A stretch of DNA of 64,000 nt from Aureliella sp. (GTDB taxonomy: Bacteria; Planctomycetota; Planctomycetia; Pirellulales; Pirellulaceae): the NCBI GenBank assembly GCA_963691875.1, contig OY829846.1:1504001-1568000 (forward strand), in the 5' to 3' direction. Position numbers and translations under genes: made by a program. Below the pieces are notes generated by a model. The model saw nothing but the letters and a program-made list of their open reading frames with translations. It was not told where the DNA came from and ran no database searches. Shown one piece after another: positions 10,421-21,175 of the stretch (the first letter of the stretch is position 1; every line of letters begins with the position of its first letter).

Positions 10421-11464
10421 ATGAGTCGCATCTTTCGCTTACGCCATACTTTGCCCGCTCGAGCAGTCTTTCCCGTTTGTCTTTTGCTCGCGATAGCCGG
10501 CTTGGTGATTGTTGCCAATAGCTGGGCGAAAGCAGATGAGCCAGGTGCTCATTGCCAGGAAGAGTTCCAGGCGAAGATGAACTCGATTGATCCTTATCAA
10601 CCGAATATTCAAGTGAAAGGAACGGTCAAAGTTTTTGGTTCAACGAGCATGGATGCAATGGCTCATGCCTGGGGAGCGAATTTCAGAAAGTTTCATCAGA
10701 ATGCAAAGGTCGAGATATCTGGCGCAGGCTCAGAAACGACTTTCGAGACGTTACTGAAGCATCCAACTGGTGTGGCTATGCTTTCGCGGCCGGTGTCTGA
10801 GCAAGAGCTAGCTGAACTGCAAAAGAAGGGCCTGAAGAAGCCAGTTGCATTCACGGTTGCCCGCGAGGCATTGGGCGTATTTGTGCACCCGCAAAACCCA
10901 GTCAAAACAATATCTGGCAAGCAGTTGCGATTGGTCTTTACCGAAGCAGCAAAAGGCCAAAAGGTAACATGGGGAATGCTAGGCGCATCGGGTGAATGGG
11001 CGAACAAAGAAGTACACGTTATTTCCCGAACTGCGACAAGCGGAACGCAGCGATACTTGCGTGACTTTATCTTCGCTGGCGCTCAAATGCGAGAGGGGGT
11101 TTCCCAGCATGTTTCGAACGCGGAGTTCATGAAGGTAATCCAGGCAGACGAACTTTCGATCGGAATCTGTGGGCTTGGTTGCAAGCATGACATGGTCAAG
11201 AGCTTGCAGCTGGTCGCCGGCGAAAAGGCCATCCCCAGTGACGACTACACGATTCTTACGAATCAGTATCCGTTGACTCGCTCCTTGGTGCTGCTTATCG
11301 ATATGGGGCAGACTGGAGTTGGCGCTATTGAGGCACAGGAGTTTGTTCACTACGCACTCTGCCGGACTGCACAACTCCACACGGTTATCGCAAGCTTCTA
11401 CCCTATAGATCCGCCGTTGCTGCGAGCAAGCCTTCAAAAGCTTGGCGCAAAACAAATACGATAG
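10421..11464 (+). CDS. PstS-family phosphate-binding periplasmic protein
   Basis: AGGAG RBS before ATG 10421. Motifs GSTSM, GAGSE, MLSRP, VFVHPQNPV, SGT and YPLTR. No pstCAB nearby. Confidence 0.85.
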   Translation: MSRIFRLRHTLPARAVFPVCLLLAIAGLVIVANSWAKADEPGAHCQEEFQAKMNSIDPYQPNIQVKGTVKVFGSTSMDAMAHAWGANFRKFHQNAKVEISGAGSETTFETLLKHPTGVAMLSRPVSEQELAELQKKGLKKPVAFTVAREALGVFVHPQNPVKTISGKQLRLVFTEAAKGQKVTWGMLGASGEWANKEVHVISRTATSGTQRYLRDFIFAGAQMREGVSQHVSNAEFMKVIQADELSIGICGLGCKHDMVKSLQLVAGEKAIPSDDYTILTNQYPLTRSLVLLIDMGQTGVGAIEAQEFVHYALCRTAQLHTVIASFYPIDPPLLRASLQKLGAKQIR

Positions 11465-11506
11465 CAGGCGTCGTTTCGAGCAGAGCAGACAACTTTTCGT
11501 TTCAGG

Positions 11507-12733
11507 ATGAGCAGCATGAACCCACGTCAGAAACGTTCGCTATGGCTGGACTCAGTCGCTTGGTTAGCAACTTGTGCTTCGGCGAAAGCTACTTCATTCT
11601 TACTGGCGATGACTATGACACTCTGGTCGCTAAACAGTTTCACTTTGGCTCAGAACGTCTGGGATGTGAATACACGACAGCGAGATACGGCCAGTGGTTT
11701 TCAGTCCGCTCGTTTGTGGCAAGGTTGGGACTGGCTGAGCAATCAGCAGGCTCATCCAGAATGGCAACTGGGCATTGAGACGCAAAATACGGCTACCGGC
11801 GTCTACATTAGGAGCGTAACGCCGGGTGGAGCGGCAAACCGAGCAAATATTGAGGCGCAGGACGTCATCGTTGCCGTGAATGGCTACCAAGTTGGATTGG
11901 TGGAGGATCGGTTGTACGATCTGAACGATGAGTTAAACGCACGTGCCGATGAGCGTGGCGTTGTTTCACTGTTGATTCAAGACCATCGCTCGCTCAGGCT
12001 GGCTCGCGTTCGAGTGCAGCTGCAAAAGAGTCGCCAAACGTTGCAAGGCAAAGTTGTCTTCCGTGGACCAGCCAGTTTGCCAGCTGATGCAATCGTCACG
12101 GTTCAAATCGACAACGCGTCTCGGAGCTACTATCAGGTGAGGCACGGCCAAACTTCTTTCCGTCCCAGCTCAAGCGAAATGCCATTTGAAATTGCCTACG
12201 ATCCAAGCTACATCGATCCCAATGACTATTATCAGGTACGAGCTTTTGTTACCCAAAATGGCCGAACCATCATGGACACGCCACAACCCGTCCGAGTGCT
12301 GACGCGGGGCAACCCATCAAATGTGTCGTTGGAACTAGCTTCATTTGCACCGCCGAGGGACAATAGGAGTGGGCCGATTATCGAGACGGGATTTCAGCGT
12401 CCCAGCCAAGTCGACGACCGCATCATTCAGATGTACAGACACTACCTAGGACACGACCCAAGTCCACTTCAGTTTGCTGCGCTCAAAGCGACTACCAACA
12501 TTGAGGACACTCTTCGGACCTTGCCTCTCGAGCTGATGGCAGCTCAAGAGTATTTCGATCGTGCGGGTAACAACAATCAAGTTTGGATTCGGGCCGTCTT
12601 TCAGGAAATCGTTGGCCGTCAAATCCGCGAGCAGGAATTGCTCCAGTGGCTGCGACGCTATGAAGAATTGCGTGGCTCAAGGACAGAGTTGCTAAGACAA
12701 CTAAGTGTGAGCAATTCGAAGGCGGATAGATAG
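11507..12733 (+). CDS. Secreted PDZ + YbaY-like domain protein with a helical C-terminal domain
   Basis: PDZ: LGIE...GVYIRSVTPGGAA...DVIVAVNG. YbaY-like: LPADAIVTVQI...PFEIAYDP..I...Y.VRA. C-terminal MYRHYLGHDP and FQEIVGRQ repeats. Confidence 0.8.
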   Translation: MSSMNPRQKRSLWLDSVAWLATCASAKATSFLLAMTMTLWSLNSFTLAQNVWDVNTRQRDTASGFQSARLWQGWDWLSNQQAHPEWQLGIETQNTATGVYIRSVTPGGAANRANIEAQDVIVAVNGYQVGLVEDRLYDLNDELNARADERGVVSLLIQDHRSLRLARVRVQLQKSRQTLQGKVVFRGPASLPADAIVTVQIDNASRSYYQVRHGQTSFRPSSSEMPFEIAYDPSYIDPNDYYQVRAFVTQNGRTIMDTPQPVRVLTRGNPSNVSLELASFAPPRDNRSGPIIETGFQRPSQVDDRIIQMYRHYLGHDPSPLQFAALKATTNIEDTLRTLPLELMAAQEYFDRAGNNNQVWIRAVFQEIVGRQIREQELLQWLRRYEELRGSRTELLRQLSVSNSKADR

Positions 12734-12783
12734 GCTTAAGGCGAGTCAGAACTTGCCAGTTCAGATCCTTTGGAAGCAATTCT

Positions 12784-13122
12784 TCATTGCGCGAAAGCCC
12801 TCTCCGTTGGTCGAAGCAATTCTGCCGTCGCATTAAACTTTGAGGCGAATCGAAGCGTCAGCCGAAGATACCTTCGGTCCTCGCTGACGCTTCGGGTTAC
12901 GACTGGTCCGTGTCGCGGCGTTGGTTGTCCCACATCGGATATCAAATCTCTCGCGATCTCGTCCGTAACGACTATCGAAAGTACCGAAACCCAAAGCGAG
13001 CGTAAACGACTTGGGCTCTGGGAAACTTTCTCTGAACTATGGCAATCGCCTGGCTGCTGGTCCTGGCCATCTGCCAACGCTGGAAAACTTGAACATTCGG
13101 TGACATCGTTTCTACTGTCCAA
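12784..13122 (-). CDS. Hypothetical protein
   Basis: 112-aa ORF with no recognisable motif. Confidence 0.3.
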   Translation of the reverse strand: MDSRNDVTECSSFPALADGQDQQPGDCHSSEKVSQSPSRLRSLWVSVLSIVVTDEIARDLISDVGQPTPRHGPVVTRSVSEDRRYLRLTLRFASKFNATAELLRPTERAFAQ

Positions 13123-13551
13123 AGCACTTGTGGCTTTCTGGGAGGTGGAATATCTATAGCTCGTTATGGAGTAAATGGGAGAGTTTGAGTACTAGGGGTC
13201 GCCATTGAATGAGCTAACCCCAAAGGCTATTCATTGATTTCCGCTAACGCCCAATTCGATGCAGCCCCATCGCGCCGTGGCTGATTGCGAAATACCAAGA
13301 AGCCGCCGAGTAGCAGTGGAGAAGTACGTCCCCAAGGTCAGCTTTGACGCTTTCGTGCGCCAGGATTTACTTGGCCAGCCTGGTCAGTGTTGCGTATGGC
13401 ATCCATCACTAGTTCTCCCATGAAATTGACTTGCGTGGAGAGCGAAAGTGTCTCTTCACAGCTGTCCCGGCATTTCTACTTGAGAATTCTGTGAATTTCC
13501 GGCTTCAACCAATCAGACGTCGGGCCGAATGGCATCCTTATAAGATATGGG

Positions 13552-13754
13552 CAGAATCCCGGGGAGCTCGGCAGGGAACAATCCTGTCGCTGAACCTGTG
13601 TAAATCGCGGAACAGTTCCGGCGTAACGCAGAACCAGCTGGTGAACCTCAATCGAAATGTCGTAACAGCGCCGTTCCTTTTCGCTCGTTGGAGCCTACGT
13701 GGAGGTTCCCAAAGGCGCGGGAGATTCCACGCGATTCGGGTCGCTTTGGGTTCC
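13552..13754 (+). ncRNA. ssrS: Probable 6S RNA
   Basis: About 200-nt intergenic rod-like fold by hand pairing: gaatcccgggg with ctttgggttc, ggaacaatcctgtcgc with gcgcgggagattcc, gaacctgtgta with tacgtggaggttc. A -10-like TAAGAT lies at 13541-13546. Covariance model not run. Confidence 0.65.
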
Positions 13755-13845
13755 TAGCCGCGTCGCAAAACCGGCTGCCTTACGACGCATAGATATGTTA
13801 TACCCTCATAATTGAACCGCCCTTTTCAGGGATACTGGACTACGT

Positions 13846-16540
13846 TTGATGACGTTCAAAGACCTTCAATCTGCCCGACCGCAGCAGCGATCCTGGAGTG
13901 GAATGATCTGGCTCTGCGTTGCATTCGCAATGCTTGACTTTGTCCTGATTCCTGTTTCGGCTAGCTCTAACTGGAGTGAGGCTCGAGTTATTTTTTTCGT
14001 ATTCCTACTTGGCTGCCAGCTTGGTCAAGCGGGGCTAATTACTCTGATTGCAAGTTGGAGCGGCAAGCGTTGGATTCAAGGTTTTGCTATCGGAACCGTG
14101 CTGAGCTTGTTTGTAGCAATGATCACTGGGCTTGGCGTATTCACCCAATCCAGAGTGGGGTTACCTGAAGGCGTCTGGGTCTTGTCTCTGCTTCCTTGCA
14201 TCTTATGCGTCTCTTCCTTCCCGTTCTGGGTAGTGAGGCTGTGGTCGCTACGGAGACTGACATTTGATTCAGATGGGCATGAGCTTCACGCTTTAACTAC
14301 TAAGGACTTTTTCCTCCTGACGTCCTTCATCGGAGTCTTGTTCTATCTCTTCTCGATCACGATTAATGCCTGGGAGCCTGCTGGATTGCAGATATGGGTA
14401 TCGCTGTATGGGGAGCAATTGGGTGCGCGCTGATTGGGTTAATTTTCTTTTTGCCGATGGGGATCATGGCTTTTAGTAGCAAGGAACCAGTGGCGGGATT
14501 GGGCTACCAATGCCTATATGCATTTTGTTTGCTACTTGCTGTTCTCGCATCCATGCGTACGGGCTCGCCACTAGGTCTAATATCGGTTGCAACCATGTTT
14601 CTCTTCGCCGGAGCAACGCTAAGCTTTGCGGGAGGATGCTGGGCTGTACGAAGTGCTGGCTTGCAGTGGCGCACCTCTTTGTTTACAGCTAAGCGAAAAG
14701 CAAAGATAACGCCACGAGTTTGCAACCCTTGGGATGAATCGATAGAACCGGAGGTAGGGGGAGCTGAAGATCCTGACTCCTTCACCGCAACGCATGATCC
14801 CGCCCCATCATGGGACTTTCCGAGCAAAGGCGAGAGAGTTCTTTCATGATTTGGGGGAAACCTGTTTTGCGGTTGCATTTCTGCTCATGTTTCCATTTTG
14901 CGGGGCAGTGGCGAGTTCCGAATTGGATTGGAAGCGGTTGGCGGAGGTTAAATCCTACTTCCGAGTTGGCCGACGAACGTTAGACAGTGGGGGCGAAGCC
15001 TTTGCGGAATGCCGCAGCGAGTTAGTGATCTTGCGTCTTGGGCCAGGAACAACCAAAGACGATCTCCTCGAGTTCCGGAGGAGCCACTTGCTGGAGGAAT
15101 TGGATTTGTCAGACACGCAAGTTGACGATCGAGTTCTGGAGAAGCTTCCACCGTTGATGGGACCAAGCACTCAGAACACGCCTTTACTCCGGATAGAGTC
15201 AGCGATCTCGCGAGTCATTTTCAACCGGAGTCTGTTGATATTTCAGGTGTCTTCGTTCAGTAGGATCAGTTGTTCAAGATCCTCCATGCGTCTGAGCGGC
15301 TACAGCACATTGACATCAGTGATCGTGGACTTGGATTCAAAGAACTGCAGGTCCTCTGGAATGCATGTCAATTTGAGTCGCACCCAAATAACCGCCCTGC
15401 CGGCAGATCCGGGCAATGCGTTTTACAGTTACGGGAAGCCATAGCAGGGCCCACTGGGGCAATCCACAGATCGCAAGAATCCGAGTCTTCGTCGAAGCCG
15501 GATGGTCCAATTCTCGCCGCAAACCCGAGATCAAACCCCGTGGCTTCGTCACCTCTTCTATCAACCAATCTGTCGCTCGTTGGTCAAATCTGCGTTTGCA
15601 AGTTCATTCTTGTCGAATCGCATCCGAGAATTATTCGAAAGTCGATTCCTTGTCCTTAAGGCATAGCTCGATCCCATCATCCACCGATACCCTTTCTGCA
15701 TCCCTGGGGCGATAAATGCGGGAATGCCAAGTGATAATACTGCCGCTCTACGCAAGCCAGGACTGTGCGTGGGAGCCCTCTGTGAGCCCGACGAGTCTGC
15801 TGTCGATGCCCCTTCGAATGACGCGTGAGGTTTGTTCAGCCGAAGGCTCTGATTCCATCGAATTTGAGGTGATGCCGTAGATTGGATCGAACAGCGGACC
15901 GACGTCGCCTTCAAACATGTAACTCTCTGTTTCTCAAATGAACTCGACTCTGTTGCATGGGAGAAGCAAATCTCTGTGGGCGTCTTGCAACTGCAATCCG
16001 AGCCAAAGCTCGACACTCGCAATCCGATTGAGTCTTGTTGGATTGAGATGGGGCTCGAATACCAAGTGCTACATTTGCATGGCTAATATTAGCTGTGCGA
16101 AGTAAGCAAATCGCAAAGAAGTACGGACGGCAAGATATTGACAACCTACAGGCTGCCAAGTTGAAAAAAAGTCGGAAAATCCGTCGCTCAGCAAGGCAAC
16201 CATATCAAAGCCCGTCTGCCAATCTCTGACAGTTGACGATATATTGGAGGTCGTGGAACTTTTTCGCGCATGAATGGCCTCCATGGAATGGAATCGCGTT
16301 AGCTTTTCGGCCAAACCGCGGGTGAGAACAGCAGGTGGAGTGTGGAACATAGCTTCAGACAGCCGACTAGCACCCCCTTTCGTGAGCAGTCACCCTAGAT
16401 GCTCTCGGGACGCCAGCGAAGCCGAGATCAAGAGCCCCTTCTTGTCCTCGGATCTCACGTGCGATAGGTGCACTGGATCCTACGCGGTTTTGTTTCACGC
16501 AGCCTGCAAGTGCGGTCGAACTATCCAACAAGGCTGGTTC
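13846..16540 (+). pseudogene. Decayed multi-TM + leucine-rich-repeat protein gene
   Basis: Successive overlapping frames (13846-14433, 14394-14849, 14794-15444, 15270-) carry TM helices and then LRR pieces (LEELDLSDTQVDD, LQHIDISD, VNLSRTQIT). Many frameshifts and stops. 3' limit is approximate. Confidence 0.65.
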
Positions 16541-16605
16541 TGATAGGGCCATCTGGCAGGTCTTGAAAAGACCCTCTGACTTTTTTGTACAGAAATCGAT
16601 CTCGG

Positions 16606-17514
16606 ATGAGCGACGTTGCAACAAATTTTTTTGCTCGGAATGAATTCCTTATTCGGCGGCTTCACTCGTTGAGTGGTCTGGTTCCTGTAGGAGCCTACAT
16701 GACTGTTCACTTGGTAGTGAACTCTTCGCTGATGAATGGAGCAAATTCCTTCCAGTCAAATGTGAATCAGATTCATTCCCTCGGAAGCTTATTGCCGCTG
16801 GTAGAGTGGACGACGATCTTCCTACCAATCATATTCCACGCAGTGGTCGGGATCTGGATCGTTAAGAGCGGCAAGTCGAATCATCAGAACTATAAGTACT
16901 TTGCGAACTGGCGGTACACGGTTCAGCGGTGGACGGGCGTCATTGCAGTTCTCTTCATCTTCGGGCACGTTTTCCACCTCCATGGTTGGTTCCACAACGA
17001 GTGGTGGCTGACGACTGTCGCAGAGCCACTTGGCATGGCTCAGTTTCGCGCCTACAACGCAGCAAGCTCTCTTGCTTCTGCGATGTCAGGTTTTGTTTGG
17101 CCAGCGTTCTATCTCGTTGGAATCGTTTCCTGCGTTTTCCACTTTGCCAACGGCGTGTGGACAATGGGAATCACTTGGGGGGTTTGGATTAGCCCTCGGG
17201 CTCAGCGTTACGCCAGCTATGTGTGTGCAACTGGTGGTAGCGTACTTTTGATGATCGGCCTGACTGCACTGGCCGCAGTACTCACGACGGATATTGAAGA
17301 AGCAAAGTCGATCGAAGACAGGATGTATAACGCCAAGGTGGCTTCTGGTGAGTTGACGCCGAACCCGCACAAGCGCTCCGAAGACGAACACCAGAAACCC
17401 GAATCGGCTACTGGCGATGACGCCGAAACTGAGGAGCAGCCAGAGCAACCGGCAAACCCTCAGGCAACGGTTGCTGAGGCGGCCTCTGAGAAGATGGCGT
17501 CAAAGTCTGACTAG
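16606..17514 (+). CDS. sdhC: Succinate dehydrogenase cytochrome b558 subunit
   Basis: RRLHSLSGLVP, His-bearing TM helices (FHAVVG, FGHV, FHFANG), first gene of the sdhCAB order. Confidence 0.93.
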   Translation: MSDVATNFFARNEFLIRRLHSLSGLVPVGAYMTVHLVVNSSLMNGANSFQSNVNQIHSLGSLLPLVEWTTIFLPIIFHAVVGIWIVKSGKSNHQNYKYFANWRYTVQRWTGVIAVLFIFGHVFHLHGWFHNEWWLTTVAEPLGMAQFRAYNAASSLASAMSGFVWPAFYLVGIVSCVFHFANGVWTMGITWGVWISPRAQRYASYVCATGGSVLLMIGLTALAAVLTTDIEEAKSIEDRMYNAKVASGELTPNPHKRSEDEHQKPESATGDDAETEEQPEQPANPQATVAEAASEKMASKSD

Positions 17515-17576
17515 CGTCCGACATTCACCCGTAGATACCCCCGAACTGAAGAACCGTTTCTTTTACTGAGAATTCC

Positions 17577-19559
17577 ATGGCAAGTCAGAGAGTAGTAGTG
17601 GTTGGTGGTGGATTGGCTGGATTAGCGGCCACCATGAAGTTGTGTGAATTGGGGATTCCGGTTGACCTTCTCAGCCTCACGCCAGTAAAACGATCTCACA
17701 GTGTCTGTGCTCAAGGCGGGATCAACAGTTGCAACGACCAGACTCGACAGCTCGGTGACTCAGAGTGGAAGCACTTCGACGACACGGTTTACGGCGGTGA
17801 CTTCTTACAGCACCAGCCACCTGTCAAAGAGATGGCTTATTGGGCTCCGAAAGTCATCGACTTGATGGATCGTCTTGGAGTGACGTTTAACCGGACTCAA
17901 GAAGGCTTTTTGGATCGTCGTCGTTTTGGTGGCACTCTCTATAAGCGTACTGCCTTTGCTGGTGCGACCACTGGTCAGCAGTTACTTTACGCACTCGACG
18001 AGCAAGTGCGTCGTTGGGAATCGCAAGGGATGGTTCGCAAGTTCGAGTTTTGGGATTTCCTCGGGCCAGTTCAAGATGAAGCCGGGCGTTGCGTTGGTGC
18101 TGTCGCTCAGGACATGGTTTCCATGCAACTTCGTTCCTTCCCTGCGGATGCAACCATCGTTGCAACCGGAGGTTGCGGATTGCTCTATGGTCGGTCGACG
18201 ATGTCGGTCTTCTGCAATGGCTCTGCTGCAAGCCGCTGTTTCCAAGCGGGAGCCAAGTACGGAAACGCGGAGTTCATTCAAGTTCACCCCACTGCGATTC
18301 CTGGCGCCGACAAGTTGCGTTTGATGAGCGAGTCAGCTCGCGGCGAAGGTGGTCGTGTGTGGGTACCTCGCACTCCGCAGGATTCTCGTCCGCCGAAGCA
18401 GATTCCTGAAGACGAGCGGTACTACTTTCTGGAAGAACGGTATCCCGAATACGGCAACTTGGTGCCGCGTGACATCGCGACGAGAGAGATCTTTGACATT
18501 TGCGTCAATGAAGGACTCAGTGTAGAAGCCGGTCGCATGTGCGTTTACTTAGATCTGACTCACATTTCCCGCTCGGAGCTCGATCGCAAGCTAGGCGGCA
18601 TCTTGGAGATCTACGAGAAGTTCCAAGGCGTTGACCCACGGGACGTTCCGATGAAGATCTTCCCGGCTGTTCACTACTCGATGGGTGGTCTTTGGGCCGA
18701 CTATGCTAAGGCGGCCGATGGTGGTCTGGACCCAGGCAATCCACTCAACCAGTCGACGAACCTCGAAGGTCTTTATGCCATCGGTGAGTGCGACTATCAG
18801 TACCACGGTGGGAATCGCCTGGGAGCGAATTCGCTGCTCAGTTGCATTTTCACAGGGCTGTTCGTCGGTCCGGGCATCCAAAACTATATCAAGAATCAGA
18901 AGTCCGCGGCGAGCGAGCTTGCTCCAGAAATGTTTGAGGGTGCGATTCGCAAGCAAGAAGAACGGCATTCAGCGCTATTGAGTGGTGATGGCGGGGAGAA
19001 TCCGTATCTTATTCACCAGCAACTCGGTGACATCATGACGAAAGCAGCTACCGTCGTGCGACGCAACTCGCAGCTCGACGAGGCTTACCGAATCGTTGAT
19101 GACTTGCATCAAAAGGCAAGAAATTGTTCACTTTCGGATTCCGGCAGCTGGTCGAATCAAAATGTAATCTTCACTAAAGCATTGCAAGACATGTTCCCGA
19201 TCGCCAAGTCGATTTTGAAGGGAGCTCGGCAACGCGATGAATGCCGCGGTGCTCACTTCAAGCCCGATTTTGCTCGTTCAAGTCTGACGGAAACAGATCC
19301 GGCTGCTCGGCGGAAAGAGGCTGAGAAGTGGTGTGACGAGTTCCAAGCGAACAATGATCGCTTCTTGAAGTCATCCGTCGCGTCTTATGATGGAAACGAT
19401 CCAACAGTCGACTACGAAGATGTCGATACCTCAATCATTCCGCCGCGTCCTAGACTCTATGGTCTTGTAGGCGGCGAAGTGATTGAAGAAGTATGGAAAG
19501 AACGTGGTGCGAAGCAGCAGAATGCTGCGGAAACGCCTGCTGCCGCGTCGCAGGTTTAG
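17577..19559 (+). CDS. sdhA: Succinate dehydrogenase flavoprotein subunit
   Basis: GGGLAG, RSHSVCAQGG (covalent-FAD His), QVHPT, SESARGEGG, HYSMGG and HGGNRLGANSL. Confidence 0.97.
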   Translation: MASQRVVVVGGGLAGLAATMKLCELGIPVDLLSLTPVKRSHSVCAQGGINSCNDQTRQLGDSEWKHFDDTVYGGDFLQHQPPVKEMAYWAPKVIDLMDRLGVTFNRTQEGFLDRRRFGGTLYKRTAFAGATTGQQLLYALDEQVRRWESQGMVRKFEFWDFLGPVQDEAGRCVGAVAQDMVSMQLRSFPADATIVATGGCGLLYGRSTMSVFCNGSAASRCFQAGAKYGNAEFIQVHPTAIPGADKLRLMSESARGEGGRVWVPRTPQDSRPPKQIPEDERYYFLEERYPEYGNLVPRDIATREIFDICVNEGLSVEAGRMCVYLDLTHISRSELDRKLGGILEIYEKFQGVDPRDVPMKIFPAVHYSMGGLWADYAKAADGGLDPGNPLNQSTNLEGLYAIGECDYQYHGGNRLGANSLLSCIFTGLFVGPGIQNYIKNQKSAASELAPEMFEGAIRKQEERHSALLSGDGGENPYLIHQQLGDIMTKAATVVRRNSQLDEAYRIVDDLHQKARNCSLSDSGSWSNQNVIFTKALQDMFPIAKSILKGARQRDECRGAHFKPDFARSSLTETDPAARRKEAEKWCDEFQANNDRFLKSSVASYDGNDPTVDYEDVDTSIIPPRPRLYGLVGGEVIEEVWKERGAKQQNAAETPAAASQV

Positions 19560-19623
19560 GCTGGCACGCCGACAGCTGTTCGTAAAACACAAGATACTTA
19601 ACCTTAGATTTTTGAGAATCGAT

Positions 19624-20499
19624 ATGAGTACTACGGAAGCAAACGACGCTGGAACTCAGGAACAAGAAGTCGCACGTCCGGCTACGATTAATGTACGTGT
19701 CTTGCGTCAAGAGGGTCCTGGTCTGCCATCGTACTGGGAGCGGCACCAAGTCTCGTATGACGAGAACATGAATGTCATTAGCGTTCTACAGCGTATCGCG
19801 GCGAACGCACAGACTGTCGACGGCAAGGAAGTTCCTCCGGTCGCTTGGGATTGCGGCTGTTTGGAAGAGGTTTGCGGCTCTTGCACGATGGTGATCAACG
19901 GGAGTGTTCGTCAAAGTTGTTCGGCTTTGGTCGATCGATTGCTCGAAGAGAGTCCGAACGAGATCGAACTGCGTCCTATGACCAAGTTTCCCGTCATTCG
20001 AGATTTGGTCATCGATCGCTCACGCCTGTTCTCTGGCTTAAAGCGTGTTCAAGCTTGGGTTCCCGCGGACAGCTACTATGACATGGGGCCTGGTCCGACA
20101 CAGTCGCGTTCGGCGCAAGAAGAAGCCTATCCGCTAAGCCAGTGCATGAGCTGCGGCTGCTGCTTGGAGGCCTGTCCACAGTATCAGAAGATCGAGCTTA
20201 GTCGTCATCCCGGCGAAACGGATGAAGAATTCGAGGCCCGTAAGCAAGAGGCACATGACGATGCGTTCCTTGGGGCCGCTCCGATAAACCAAGCTGTTCT
20301 GTTCAACGCTCATCCAACAGGCAAAAACCTGAAGGACGAACGGATGGAGGTTTTGACAGGGCCTGGTGGTGTCGCAGCTTGCGGCAATGCTCAGAACTGC
20401 GTGGCAGTCTGTCCGAAAGAAATCCCTTTAACCACGTCGATTGGCAAAGCCGGCCGTGCTGCCACAGTGCATTCGCTCAAGAAAATGTTCGATCGATAG
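19624..20499 (+). CDS. sdhB: Succinate dehydrogenase iron-sulfur subunit
   Basis: CLEEVCGSC..C, CMSCGCCLEACP and CGNAQNCVAVCP. ATG at 19624. Confidence 0.95.
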   Translation: MSTTEANDAGTQEQEVARPATINVRVLRQEGPGLPSYWERHQVSYDENMNVISVLQRIAANAQTVDGKEVPPVAWDCGCLEEVCGSCTMVINGSVRQSCSALVDRLLEESPNEIELRPMTKFPVIRDLVIDRSRLFSGLKRVQAWVPADSYYDMGPGPTQSRSAQEEAYPLSQCMSCGCCLEACPQYQKIELSRHPGETDEEFEARKQEAHDDAFLGAAPINQAVLFNAHPTGKNLKDERMEVLTGPGGVAACGNAQNCVAVCPKEIPLTTSIGKAGRAATVHSLKKMFDR

Positions 20500-20689
20500 G
20501 AAGTTCGCGTTGGGACATCACTACCCGAAGCATCAGCGAGCAATGCTGCGTCGCTCCAGTCAGCCATTCGGCAGTTGCGTGTCTTCCCCTCGATCTCTGA
20601 GTTCAACGAGACTTTATCGAAGATTCGCAGCTATACTCCTGGAGAGTGACTGTGCGAAGGGAGAGCAATTGGCTGGATGTTGGCTTTAC

Positions 20690-21166
20690 CTATTCTTCGC
20701 TTGAAGAATGGTCATGTACGATTAGCCACTTGTGATCATCGAAGCGACGCCAGATAAGCGAGAAATTCCCTTGAGCAGGTTTTGCTCGCCTCAAATGCCA
20801 ACGTCCTAACATCAACGCGGCATCTTCTCCAAGCATTTCTACCTCAAGATCGCTGAAGGTAAGTTTTCCCATCGTCGCCGCATCTGGATAGTTTTTCTTG
20901 TAACGATCTCGGGTCGTCTTCCAGCCTCGATACGTCTTGCCGCCTGAACTGAAACTCAACTTCTCACTGTTCCAGTAGGCGGTCATGAACTCGTCGATAT
21001 CGCCTTCGTTCCAAGCCACCGCTTGGGTCTGCACGATGTCAATTAGCATTTCGCCAACTCGCTTAGCGGCATCGTCAGTTTGCGCAATGCTATCGGAAAG
21101 CGAAAACGGGATGAAAACAATGCACAAACCAAACATGAAAAGTGTAAGTTGACTTAGGCGTGACAT
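20690..21166 (-). CDS. Secreted NTF2-like (DUF4440/YybH-type) protein
   Basis: Signal peptide, AWNEGDIDEFM..Y, MGKLTF, and W.IVHDHSS C-terminus. Confidence 0.85.
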   Translation of the reverse strand: MSRLSQLTLFMFGLCIVFIPFSLSDSIAQTDDAAKRVGEMLIDIVQTQAVAWNEGDIDEFMTAYWNSEKLSFSSGGKTYRGWKTTRDRYKKNYPDAATMGKLTFSDLEVEMLGEDAALMLGRWHLRRAKPAQGNFSLIWRRFDDHKWLIVHDHSSSEE

Positions 21167-21175
21167 GCTATTCCT

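Noticed and set aside
13431..13757. 108-aa + ORF
   Set aside because: No motif or RBS, and it overlaps the better-supported structured RNA.
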